This document shows positions 29,472 through 38,646 of a stretch of 45,979 nucleotides of DNA, piece after piece. Within the stretch, counting starts at the first letter, position 1. Each line of letters starts with the position of its first letter. The DNA is from Candidatus Latescibacterota bacterium. Lineage in GTDB: Bacteria > Latescibacterota > UBA2968. Location: the NCBI GenBank assembly GCA_038279365.1, contig JAYODI010000043.1, positions 1 to 45,979 of the forward strand, written 5' to 3'. The position numbers and the translations under genes were made by a program. Below the pieces are notes generated by a model. That model worked only from the letters and a program-made list of their open reading frames with translations, was not told the origin of the DNA and made no database searches.

Positions 29472-29560
29472 GCTTACACCTTATATAATGTCACTTTTAA
29501 AGGTTGTTGGATGCTGATTTTGATTTTTCGCGCGTGATTAGTTTTTTTGATTTTGCTGCT

Positions 29561-29605
29561 GGCGTATAACTTCCCGATGTCCGAACCAAAGGTTCGGACA
29601 TCGGG
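29561..29605 (-). other. Putative attI-like array start: lone core site next to a perfect 15-bp inverted repeat
   Basis: Minus-strand G|TTATACGCC at 29570; IR CCCGATGTCCGAACC-aaa-GGTTCGGACATCGGG (29573-29605); no attC-type arm. Confidence 0.55.
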
Positions 29606-29709
29606 TGTATTTCTTTAGACTACGAACCTTTTCGATAACTTTGGTAAAATAAGGAAAAGAATTGGATTTGTCATGGGTAATTATTGTATAAGTGAATATC
29701 TTACTACAT

Positions 29710-30546
29710 TTAAGTTTTTGGTACGTTGTGTGTATCTGGGGCATATTGTTTTAAAAAGGCTTGGATAACGGCGGGGTTTCTTTTGGTGTCCCAACCACGC
29801 AAATAGGTGTGTGGTTGGGGTTCGATGTCTGCGATGAGCAACTCTTCAACAAGGGGTTTTGATGAAGCAATGACGTTGCCATCGGCATCAATGATATTGG
29901 TGCAGCCATAGGAGGTGTAATTGCCACTGTGACCGGCCACATCGGCACTGATAACGGATATGCCATTTTCTACGGCTCTTGCAATGTGTTTGTTTCTGGC
30001 CAGGTTTTTGGACATTGCATTTATGCGGTGGGGAAGCAAGGCATTGTTGGTTGGAATGAACAGGGCGGCAGCGCCTTGGGCGGCTATGATACGGGCGGGT
30101 TCCAGATAATTTGTATCGTTGCAAATGATGATGCCAAACGTGAGGTCACCAATGACAAAGGTGGGCAATTGGTCACCCGGTGCATAAACCGACTTGTTTA
30201 TGGCTGGATATACTTTGCGATAAACGCCTATCACTTTGCCTTTATGAAACACTGCGGCGGCATTATACAAAGTTCCTGATGGGGTCGATTCGGTAAACCC
30301 AATAATGAGACTCACTGTGTCACTTTTTAGGGGTGACAAAAAGGTTTCTAATTGGCCGTTGTTAACTTGCAGTGCGATATCCAATGGTTGATCTATATCG
30401 TCTGCAAGGCCACCCAAAACGGCTTCTGGGCAACATAATATTTCAACGTTATTTTTTTCACAAATGGAGATCTGGCGTTTGACGTGTTCCAAGGCATCCA
30501 TGGAACCGTGTTTTAGGAGGGGGGCTTGGTAGGCGGCAATTTTCAT
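29710..30546 (-). CDS. Carbon-nitrogen hydrolase (nitrilase superfamily)
   Basis: MKIAAYQ; Glu-Lys-Cys triad in CCPEA, YRK and IICND; ARAVEN. Confidence 0.9.
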   Translation of the reverse strand: MKIAAYQAPLLKHGSMDALEHVKRQISICEKNNVEILCCPEAVLGGLADDIDQPLDIALQVNNGQLETFLSPLKSDTVSLIIGFTESTPSGTLYNAAAVFHKGKVIGVYRKVYPAINKSVYAPGDQLPTFVIGDLTFGIIICNDTNYLEPARIIAAQGAAALFIPTNNALLPHRINAMSKNLARNKHIARAVENGISVISADVAGHSGNYTSYGCTNIIDADGNVIASSKPLVEELLIADIEPQPHTYLRGWDTKRNPAVIQAFLKQYAPDTHNVPKT

Positions 30547-30771
30547 CTTGTTATGCTTTCGGTTTTAAATGGGCATGTATTTTAAAACATAGTATTGTTT
30601 TGTGTCAACAGGTTCAAATATTTTGTGTGATGAATATGGGTGTAAAATCTAAGCTTGCCAATGGGTTAGGTTTTCATTTGCAAAAAGGAAGAGCTTGTTT
30701 TGAATGTGATGCATTGCAGGAAAACATGATAGCATGTGGTTTTAGGTCGCCAAAATTTGTCGATCTTTCGG

Positions 30772-30800
30772 TTGACATCACCCATTTTTGGCGTTAAATT
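30772..30800 (+). promoter_or_regulatory. Putative sigma70 promoter upstream of the helicase
   Basis: TTGACA-17 nt-TAAATT. Confidence 0.5.
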
Positions 30801-31032
30801 CCTGCCCCCTTACCGAGTATCCCCTACTCGGTTGTTGTCTTTATTTCCCCTTATTTTAAAATCTTCCCAAAACAACCTTTGGTGGTTGCTTGTGGGGTTG
30901 GTGTGTGTTTGTGTCTGGTTTTTTTTAAGATGCAACGGGTTGTGTTCTTGTGGTATATCCCATTTTTAAAACTTTCAAGTAAACAACAACGGATTTTCCT
31001 ATAGATCAGGATTATCAAGGATAGGTTTGTCC

Positions 31033-32721
31033 ATGAAGCTCAGGAAACATCAGGCTGCGTTTTTAAATATTTGTACTGATATTCGTTTGGATCGTACCAT
31101 TAAAAAGGTGATTGTGAGTGCCACACCGGGTGGTGGCAAGAGTTTGATTCCCGTCATTGCAGCGGCAAAGTTGTTGCCTGCTGTGGCCGATAAGTTGTGC
31201 TGGGTTGTGCCGCGTTTGGCATTGCAAGAGCAGGGTGAGCGGGCATTTATGGACCCGTTTTTTCGCAAAGAATTGGGGCACAACCATCAGTTGCGGGCCA
31301 GTTCCAATGAGCAAAACCCAGGGCGAGGGTGTTCGGGGTATGTGACCACCTATCAGGCGGTGTCACAACAGCCCCAACTGCATGCGCAGGAGTTTACAAA
31401 AAACCGATACATTTTGGTGTTGGACGAACCGCATCATGTTGAGTCGGAAGGGATTTGGCATCAGGCATTGCGGCCCATGGTTGAACGGGCGGCTTTGGTG
31501 GTGTTGATGTCGGGTACATTTGAGCGCAGTTCGGGCAATCGCATTGCGTTTATGCCCTATTCCGAATCGGGAGAGGGGGCCGAGCCCGATTTGTTTGATG
31601 GACCCGATACCCGCGTGATTGAATATTCACGTGCCGATGCCCTACGCGATAAGGCCATTATTCCCATGCACTTTCAATATATTGATGGGCGTGCCCGTTG
31701 GATTGGGCGCGATGGACAAGAGCACGAAATTGAGAGTTTGGCCGAAGCGGGGCGCGAGACCAATGCGGCTATTTTTACGGCCTTACACACCGATTATGCC
31801 TATCAATTGTTGTCGTCGTGTGTGGATCATTGGACACATTATCGCGAATTTAACCCACGGTCTAAAATGTTGGTGGTGGCACCCTCTATTGATAAAGCGA
31901 AAGATTATGCACAAAAACTAATTGAAATGGGTGTGCCGTGTGAGGTGGCCACCAGCGATGAAGCACAAAAAGCCGAACAGGCCATCAAAAAGTTTAAGCG
32001 ACATGATGCCGAAAAGAACGATGTGTTGGTCACTGTGGCCATGGCCTACGAAGGGTTGGATGTGCCTGCCATTACTCATATTGCGTGTCTGACGCATATT
32101 CGCAGCCGTCCGTGGATAGAACAAATGGTGGCACGTGCGTGTCGGGTTGACCGTGAGGCGGGTGAATATGAATCGCTTTATGGATATGTGTTTTGCCCCG
32201 ATGATCCGTTGTTGCATCATTGTATCAATAAGATACAAGACGAACAACACCCATTTTTGAAGATCAGAGAAAATCGTGAATATGTGCCAACCGAGCGAGC
32301 GCCGTCTGTGCCTGGTGAAGAACGCATGATGGCCTTAGAGTCGGAAGCCACGCGCAGCCGTGGGCGCGATTTGGGTGAACATGGTGGGTTGGATTATGAA
32401 GAGAATCAGATGTACCTCAATTTTATGAAGGAAAATGGCATTGGGGGCAGCCCTGTTCAGTTGAAGCAAAAGATTGCGGCGATGAAGGAGACGGGTGTTG
32501 AAGTAGAAGAATTGCAAGATGCACTCACGCCACGTGAACAGGAGCAGTATTTGCGCAAACAAATTGAGAATTATTGTCGGCGGTATCAAAATAGAAAGAA
32601 TTTGGAACACGGTTTTTTAAACAAAGCGATTGTGCGCGAATTTCAAAAGAGCCGACGGGATATGACCAAAGTTGAGTTGGTGCGCGCCATGGCGTGGTTA
32701 AATAAATATTATCCCATCTAA
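31033..32721 (+). CDS. Superfamily 2 DExH helicase-like protein (Res/Rv2917-like)
   Basis: LRKHQ (Q motif), ATPGGGKS, VVPR, TTYQ, DEPHH, MSGT, EGLDVP, EQMVARACR. Confidence 0.88.
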   Translation: MKLRKHQAAFLNICTDIRLDRTIKKVIVSATPGGGKSLIPVIAAAKLLPAVADKLCWVVPRLALQEQGERAFMDPFFRKELGHNHQLRASSNEQNPGRGCSGYVTTYQAVSQQPQLHAQEFTKNRYILVLDEPHHVESEGIWHQALRPMVERAALVVLMSGTFERSSGNRIAFMPYSESGEGAEPDLFDGPDTRVIEYSRADALRDKAIIPMHFQYIDGRARWIGRDGQEHEIESLAEAGRETNAAIFTALHTDYAYQLLSSCVDHWTHYREFNPRSKMLVVAPSIDKAKDYAQKLIEMGVPCEVATSDEAQKAEQAIKKFKRHDAEKNDVLVTVAMAYEGLDVPAITHIACLTHIRSRPWIEQMVARACRVDREAGEYESLYGYVFCPDDPLLHHCINKIQDEQHPFLKIRENREYVPTERAPSVPGEERMMALESEATRSRGRDLGEHGGLDYEENQMYLNFMKENGIGGSPVQLKQKIAAMKETGVEVEELQDALTPREQEQYLRKQIENYCRRYQNRKNLEHGFLNKAIVREFQKSRRDMTKVELVRAMAWLNKYYPI

Positions 32722-32977
32722 ACAGTTGTTTTTATTTTTGAGGATGTGTGAAAACCGATAGAGAACATGTTGCCATCGGTTGTCATCTTGTATAAAAAAT
32801 ATGTTTTGCAAAGGCAGGACGATTTTGATTTGATTGACTTCTCTATTTGATAGCGGTATCCTGAAGCGGTGCGTCGTGTTGATGCATCGCTTTATTTTTA
32901 GAGGCATAGAGAGGTTTGTGGTGTGCACAAAATGTCTTTGGGTTTTGATGGCCCTGTTTTTTATGGAGTGTTCAATT

Positions 32978-35038
32978 ATGGCACAAGAAGTGATACAAGA
33001 TATAGAGGTTATTGCACAGCGGTTGAAAATGGGGTGGATGGAGAACCGACTTTCAAAAGACCGTGTTAAAACTTATTTGGATGGTTTGGATGCAACAGGT
33101 GCTTGGGCAGATATTGATTACAATGATGTCTCACGCACACATTGGCAACCCGCTGAGCATCCTGTACGTTTGTCGCAACTGGCAGAAGTGTATGGTGCAG
33201 AAAAGGATAAAAAAGTTAAAGATGCGGTTTTACGCGGTTTGCAATTTTGGGTGCAACAAGATCCACAAAGCGACAACTGGTGGTGGAACTGTATTTCGAG
33301 CCCACGCGATTTGAGCAAGACATTGCTTTTGATGGGCGATGCGGTGCCACCCGATTTGGTAGCGGCAACGGCAAAGTTGGTGCATCGCAGTACGTTTAAA
33401 CGCACGGGTGCCAATTTGACCAATGAAGCGAGTAATTTGTTGGTGCTGGCATGTGCAACACAAGATGTGGATTTGTTGCAAGCGTCCATTGGTCATTTGA
33501 CGGGTGAAATACGAGTGGCCATTGGGGAAGAGGGCATTCAGGTGGACAACAGCTTTCACCAGCATGGTCCTCAACTGCAAATGTCGAGTTATGCCGAGGT
33601 GTTTGCCCGGGATGCCACCGAACATGCCTTGCTTTTTGAAGGCACCCAGTTTGCGTTGTCTGCTGAGCAAATTTTGGCCCTCTCGGCATTTGTGCGTGAA
33701 GGGCAACAGTGGTTTGTGTGGGGGCATCGGGTAGACTTTCATGGCATGGGGCGTGGTGCGGGGCGCACGGGAGGCACAGGTGGCGCGGGTGGCATACGTG
33801 TGATTGCCGAACGTATGGCCAAGATCGATCCCCAACACAAAGCAGAATATGATTCTTTTGTAGCGCGCATGAAAGATGAGATGCCGCCCAATGATCAGGC
33901 CCCCAAAGGCAATCGACATTTTTATCGGTCGGATGTGATGGTTCACCGCACAGAAAAATTTCACACATCGGTTCGTATGCATTCTACGCGTACCTATGCG
34001 TGTGAAGTGCGTGTGAATCGCGAAAATTTGAAGGGGTATCATTTGTCTGATGGTACCTATTTTGTGATGCAAAGTGGCGATGAATATTTGGAAATTCAGC
34101 CGGTGTGGGATTGGCGCAAGTTGCCAGGAGTGACTTATTTTGAGACGAACGATCCATTTCCTTATGGTGCAGATGTGTCTCAGCGTGGTCAGACCGATTT
34201 TGTGGGCGGTGTGTCCGATGGACAGGTGGGTGTGACGGCGATGGATTGGGTGAAGGATGAGGTGGTTGCACGCAAAGCATATTTCTTTTTTGAGCAAGGT
34301 TTTGTGTGTTTGGGGGCGGGGATATCAGGTGATCGAGACGAAAATGTGATTACCGGTATGAATCAATGTTTGCTCAATGGAGATGTGTTGGTGTTGGGGG
34401 CGTCACTTACGGCTATGGGGCGTGGTCGAATGGTGGGCGGCGATGTGCGCGGTGTGTATCACAATGGGGTGGGGTATTATTTTTTAGATCAGCCAAAAGT
34501 GGTGATACGTTCAGATGCCCAACGGGGCAGTTGGAAAGATTTGGAAGAAAACAGTACGCGCAAAGAGCAAATACAAAAAGATGTGTTTGCACTGTGGATG
34601 GATCATGGTGAACGGCCTTTGGATGATACATATGCTTATGTCGTGATGCCGGGTATGGTACGTGATATGTTTGAGAGCGAGGCAGATCGGTTGCCATTTA
34701 CCATATTGAAAAATACGCCCAGTATCCAGGCCATTGAATTTGCAAATCAAAATTTGGCGCAAGTGGTATTTTTTGACGCGGGTCAGGTGCAGGTCTTAGG
34801 CGGTTTGGATGTGACTGTGAGTGCGCCCTGTTTGCTTATGCTTAGACGAGATGGAAATCAATGGACCCTGTCGGTTGCTGATCCGACACAAAAACTCACT
34901 CAGATTCAAGTGACCTTAAATCGTTTATTGATGGGTGACAATGTTGTTGGAGATGATGACAACTGTGTGGTTTTGGTTAACTTGCCTCAAAATGAATGGG
35001 CAGGTAAAACCGCGACGGTTTCATTGTTACAACAGTAA
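32978..35038 (+). CDS. Polysaccharide lyase family 8 (chondroitin AC/hyaluronate lyase-like)
   Basis: NWWWN, TGAN, SFHQHGPQLQMSSY, ENLKG, PVWDWRKLPG, FVGGVSDG, ADPT. Start uncertain: GTG ~32921 would add a signal peptide, while GGAG precedes 32978. Confidence 0.92.
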   Translation: MAQEVIQDIEVIAQRLKMGWMENRLSKDRVKTYLDGLDATGAWADIDYNDVSRTHWQPAEHPVRLSQLAEVYGAEKDKKVKDAVLRGLQFWVQQDPQSDNWWWNCISSPRDLSKTLLLMGDAVPPDLVAATAKLVHRSTFKRTGANLTNEASNLLVLACATQDVDLLQASIGHLTGEIRVAIGEEGIQVDNSFHQHGPQLQMSSYAEVFARDATEHALLFEGTQFALSAEQILALSAFVREGQQWFVWGHRVDFHGMGRGAGRTGGTGGAGGIRVIAERMAKIDPQHKAEYDSFVARMKDEMPPNDQAPKGNRHFYRSDVMVHRTEKFHTSVRMHSTRTYACEVRVNRENLKGYHLSDGTYFVMQSGDEYLEIQPVWDWRKLPGVTYFETNDPFPYGADVSQRGQTDFVGGVSDGQVGVTAMDWVKDEVVARKAYFFFEQGFVCLGAGISGDRDENVITGMNQCLLNGDVLVLGASLTAMGRGRMVGGDVRGVYHNGVGYYFLDQPKVVIRSDAQRGSWKDLEENSTRKEQIQKDVFALWMDHGERPLDDTYAYVVMPGMVRDMFESEADRLPFTILKNTPSIQAIEFANQNLAQVVFFDAGQVQVLGGLDVTVSAPCLLMLRRDGNQWTLSVADPTQKLTQIQVTLNRLLMGDNVVGDDDNCVVLVNLPQNEWAGKTATVSLLQQ

Positions 35039-35104
35039 TCTGCAACGGTCTATCGGATACGCTTTGTGTGATGCACCTGAACCCAAAGTCTTTGGGGAGT
35101 GTCA

Positions 35105-37099
35105 ATGGCTCAGCAAAAAATCGACCCCATCATTGATTTGTCAAAAAAACCAAAGCAGCACATAACATGGCGTGCGGTGGTGTTGGGCACACTTACGGCA
35201 GCAGGTTTAAACATTTATAGCAACTATGCGGGTTTGATTTTGGGTTCTGCATCGTTGGTAAAGTCGCAATTGCCCATTGCGATGTTGATGCCGTTTGTGG
35301 CTTGGATTGGTATCAATTTGATTTTGAAGTGGGTGTGGCCACGCATGGCCTTGTCTTCGGCTGAGTTGTTGGTTATTTACAGCATGTCTTGGCTTGTGGG
35401 CACGGTGTCGGCCAGTGGGTGGACAGCCTATTGGGGTGGGGTGTTGAGTTCCCCCACGTTTTTTGCATCGCCAGAAAACCGATGGGAAGAAGTGTTGTTT
35501 GATGTGTTGCCGTGGTGGATGTTGCCCCATGGCCAAGATGTGATTCGACCCTTTTATGAAGGGTTGCCCGATGGGGCAACGATGCCGTTTTTTGGCTGGA
35601 TTCCCACGCTTTATTGGTGGTTTTCTATTTCTTTGGCATTGGTGTTGGCTGGATTTTGCATTTCGGTGTTGTTTCAAAAACAATGGGAAGAGTCTGAGCG
35701 GTTAACGTTTCCATTGGTGGCTTTTCCTGTGGCATTGACCGAAGGGTTTGATGAGGGCAATCGGTTGCCCAAGATTTTTCGTGACCCATTCTTTTTGGTT
35801 GGATTTGGGGTTGTATTTGGTGTGTATGCTTGGAATATGGTGGGTTATTTTGCACCCAATTTGCCACGTATTGGTTTGTTTGACGATTATTTGACCAAAG
35901 AGGTGGCATTTGCACGGTCTTTTCCACCTATTTATTTGCGCGTTTTACCCCCTGTTATTGGGTTGATGTATTTGTGCAATTTGGATATTCTGTTCAGCTT
36001 TTGGGTGTTGCGTTTGGTGGCCATTTTGCAAGAAGGTCTGATGGCACGTGTGGGGTTTGCGGTGGGATATGCTGGGCAACAGGCCGAAGCGGCTGAGATT
36101 ATGACGTTGTCTTCACATGGGGCTATGGTCTTTTTGGCGGTATATTCGGTGTGGGTGGCGCGTCATCATTTGCTTCGGGTGTGTCAGGTGGCTTGGCAAG
36201 GTGTGCGGGTGCCCGATGATGATGGCATGGTTCCATATCGGTTGGCTTTGTTGGGTTTGTTTTTTTCGACGATTTATATTTTGGGTTGTTTTGTGGGGAT
36301 GGGGTTATCGTGGTTTTTGGCCATATTTCAATTGGGGCTGATGTATGTGGGGTATTTTGTGGTGGCCAAATATACGGCGGTAACAGGGTGTTCCTATTTG
36401 TTTCCTGTGGGCACAAAGGGCGGCGGCATTATCGAAAGCTTGGCTGGCACGTCTACATTAACGCGGGCCAATATGGTGGGGTTGGGGTTGATTAATTCCA
36501 GTGCATTTTTTGGCAATGCGCGTATTCCTGCGTGGCCTGCATTGCCCCATCATTTGCGCTTTTTTTCAGGTTTACAGGCACGTAAGGGATGGGCGTTTTG
36601 GACAGTGGTTTTGGCTTTTTCGGCTGGGTTTTTGGGGTCGTGTTTGTTTATTATTTATTTGGGCTATCACTTTGCTGGGCAAAATTTGGGGCTAACGGGT
36701 TTTCGAAGTGCCAATATTTCAACCTATGACAAGATGGTATCGGCCATAGTGAATGCCGACAAGACAGTGTTTGATCCTGCAAAGGGTGGGGTGTGGTTTT
36801 TGGGTGGGGCGGTTGCTTGGGGTTTGATGATGTTGCGAAATCGTTTGGCGTGGTGGCCGTTGCATCCTTTGGGATTTGCTTTTCAAACGATGAGTGGTTC
36901 TAAGGTGTATGCTTTTAGCATTTTTTTGGTGTGGGCAGCCAAGTCTATTATTTTGCGTGTGGGTGGAATTTCCTTATACGAACGTGCACGGCCCTTTTTC
37001 TTTGGGTTGGTGGTGGGGTATGTGGTGGCACTGGGCACATCTTCGGTTGTGGATTATGTGTGGTTTCCCGATGATGGGCACAATTTGCATAATTGGTGA
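35105..37099 (+). CDS. Polytopic membrane protein, DUF6785/DUF6784 (OPT-like) putative transporter
   Basis: ITWRAVVLG, QWEESERLTFPL, LDILFSFW, WWPLHPLG, YERARPFFFGL; many TM helices. Confidence 0.75.
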   Translation: MAQQKIDPIIDLSKKPKQHITWRAVVLGTLTAAGLNIYSNYAGLILGSASLVKSQLPIAMLMPFVAWIGINLILKWVWPRMALSSAELLVIYSMSWLVGTVSASGWTAYWGGVLSSPTFFASPENRWEEVLFDVLPWWMLPHGQDVIRPFYEGLPDGATMPFFGWIPTLYWWFSISLALVLAGFCISVLFQKQWEESERLTFPLVAFPVALTEGFDEGNRLPKIFRDPFFLVGFGVVFGVYAWNMVGYFAPNLPRIGLFDDYLTKEVAFARSFPPIYLRVLPPVIGLMYLCNLDILFSFWVLRLVAILQEGLMARVGFAVGYAGQQAEAAEIMTLSSHGAMVFLAVYSVWVARHHLLRVCQVAWQGVRVPDDDGMVPYRLALLGLFFSTIYILGCFVGMGLSWFLAIFQLGLMYVGYFVVAKYTAVTGCSYLFPVGTKGGGIIESLAGTSTLTRANMVGLGLINSSAFFGNARIPAWPALPHHLRFFSGLQARKGWAFWTVVLAFSAGFLGSCLFIIYLGYHFAGQNLGLTGFRSANISTYDKMVSAIVNADKTVFDPAKGGVWFLGGAVAWGLMMLRNRLAWWPLHPLGFAFQTMSGSKVYAFSIFLVWAAKSIILRVGGISLYERARPFFFGLVVGYVVALGTSSVVDYVWFPDDGHNLHNW

Positions 37100-37107
37100 G
37101 AAATAAT

Positions 37108-37140
37108 AAATGGCAAATGGCAGACGGCAAATGGCAAATG
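37108..37140 (+). repeat. Heptamer tandem repeat (AAATGGC, ~4.5 copies)
   Basis: aaatggc aaatggc agacggc aaatggc aaatg. Confidence 0.8.
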
Positions 37141-37165
37141 ATGTGAATTCTTAAGTGAGGGTTTT

Positions 37166-38311
37166 ATGAAGCGATTGTTTTGTGTGATGATGGTTTTGTT
37201 GATGGGAAGCGGTATTGTTGGTGCGCAGAATCAGGAATTGACGGTGGCAAAGTCGAGGAGTTATGAAGCCATTGATTTGCGGCCGTTATTAGATAGTATG
37301 AGCCATTGGCGCAAACGGTATGGACGAGACCGCAACGATCGCATGTATTCTCCCACGCAAATTGTGTTGATTGCCGAAAACATATTGGGTTTGCAAAATG
37401 AAGATGGTGGATGGCCAAAGGATGTGGATTGGCAGATTGATATTGACCCGGATACCGTTCGGGCGATTAAAGGTGCGCGTGCTTTGCGCAGTACGTTGGA
37501 CAATCGCAGCACCTATACACATGTGGCCTATTTGTCTAAAGTTTATACCGTGACCCAGTTGGAACGTTATCGCGAGGCTGCTGAGCGAGGGTTGGATTAT
37601 ATTTTTCGCGAACAACGTCCCAGCGGTGGGTGGCGTGGGTGGGATGTGGATGCCATTACCTATAATGATGATGTGATGTTGGGCACGATGCGCACGATGC
37701 GCGATATTGTCAATGGTGAGCCTCATTTTGCGTGGGTGGATGAGGCCTATCGTGCAAAGGCGAAAATGGCACTTGATCGGGCCATTGATGTGACACTTAA
37801 ATGTCAAATTGTGGTCAACGGCAAAAAGACAGCGTGGTGCCAACAGCACGATCATGAAACGTTGTTGCCCACCAAGGCACGCAGTTATGAATTGCCATCT
37901 ATTTGCCCTGGCGAAAGTGCGGGTATTGTTTGGTTTTTGATGGATATTGAAAACCCATCTGCAGAAGTGGTTGATGCCATCGATCATGCGATGGCCTGGT
38001 TTGAAGTGTCTAAGATTGAGGGCATTCGGATTGAGACAGTGGAAATTGATGCAACGCGCTTTAAAAATCATACAGCAAAAACCGATCGTGTGGTGGTGCA
38101 AGACCCCAATGCGCCACCTTTGTGGGCGCGTTTTCATGAGATAGATACTTTTCGCCCATTTATGTGTAACCGCGATGGTGTGGTGGTGTATTCATTGGCT
38201 GAAGTTGCTTTGGAACGGCGTACGGGATATGGGTGGTATGGAGGCTGGCCAAGGCAATTGATAGAAAAAGGATACCCTGCGTGGAAAAAGCGCATAGGAC
38301 GCATGGATTAA
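37166..38311 (+). CDS. pelA: Pectate lyase, PL10 family
   Basis: Signal peptide; QNEDGGWPK, STLDNRST, ITYNDDVM, WCQQHD, ARSYELPS, PLWARF, ERRTGYGW. Confidence 0.93.
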   Translation: MKRLFCVMMVLLMGSGIVGAQNQELTVAKSRSYEAIDLRPLLDSMSHWRKRYGRDRNDRMYSPTQIVLIAENILGLQNEDGGWPKDVDWQIDIDPDTVRAIKGARALRSTLDNRSTYTHVAYLSKVYTVTQLERYREAAERGLDYIFREQRPSGGWRGWDVDAITYNDDVMLGTMRTMRDIVNGEPHFAWVDEAYRAKAKMALDRAIDVTLKCQIVVNGKKTAWCQQHDHETLLPTKARSYELPSICPGESAGIVWFLMDIENPSAEVVDAIDHAMAWFEVSKIEGIRIETVEIDATRFKNHTAKTDRVVVQDPNAPPLWARFHEIDTFRPFMCNRDGVVVYSLAEVALERRTGYGWYGGWPRQLIEKGYPAWKKRIGRMD

Positions 38312-38496
38312 TGGTGCGTGATGTGGTGGGTGATGATGCCAAGTTGGTAGAAACAGCATTGCGGTTTGTGATTGCACACAAGTCTAATCCCGTGGTGATT
38401 CCTGGCGCTACGAAGGTGTCGCAAGTAGAGCGCAATGCTTGGGCTGGTGCTCAGTTGATGGATACTGAGTTATACAAAAAATTGTGCGTTGTGTGA
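38311..38496 (+). pseudogene. C-terminal fragment of an aldo/keto reductase
   Basis: ALRFVIAH...VVIPGATKVSQVERNA matches the AKR C-terminal motif; only 61 aa, with the catalytic N-terminal part absent. Confidence 0.6.
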
Positions 38497-38538
38497 TGTA
38501 AAGGGGCCTGCAATCATCACAACAAAGTATGTGTATGT

Positions 38539-38570
38539 AAAAGTGGCCGATTTTATGATCGGTCACTTTT
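38539..38570 (+). terminator. Intrinsic terminator
   Basis: AAAAGTGGCCGAT...ATCGGTCACTTTT. Confidence 0.7.
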
Positions 38571-38646
38571 GTTTATGGGTTTGACGCTGGTGGGATTGTG
38601 CTATATTTTTAGCCTGTTTACCGCAAACCTCAATAAAGGCCATGAT

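Larger units (their letters stand above)
24806..29605 (-). mobile_element. Integron-like gene cassette array without adjacent integrase (CALIN-like), four cassettes
   Basis: Four related ~135-142-bp palindromic attC-like sites plus a fifth lone G|TT core; core/inverse-core complementarity within cassettes 1-3; TA cargo; no intI in the window. Confidence 0.8.

Noticed and set aside
33230-38137. Long antisense ORFs (33230-34297, 37289-38137; likewise 15077-15889)
   Set aside because: Shadows of well-supported + strand genes, with H/T/Q-rich composition explained by codon bias and skew.
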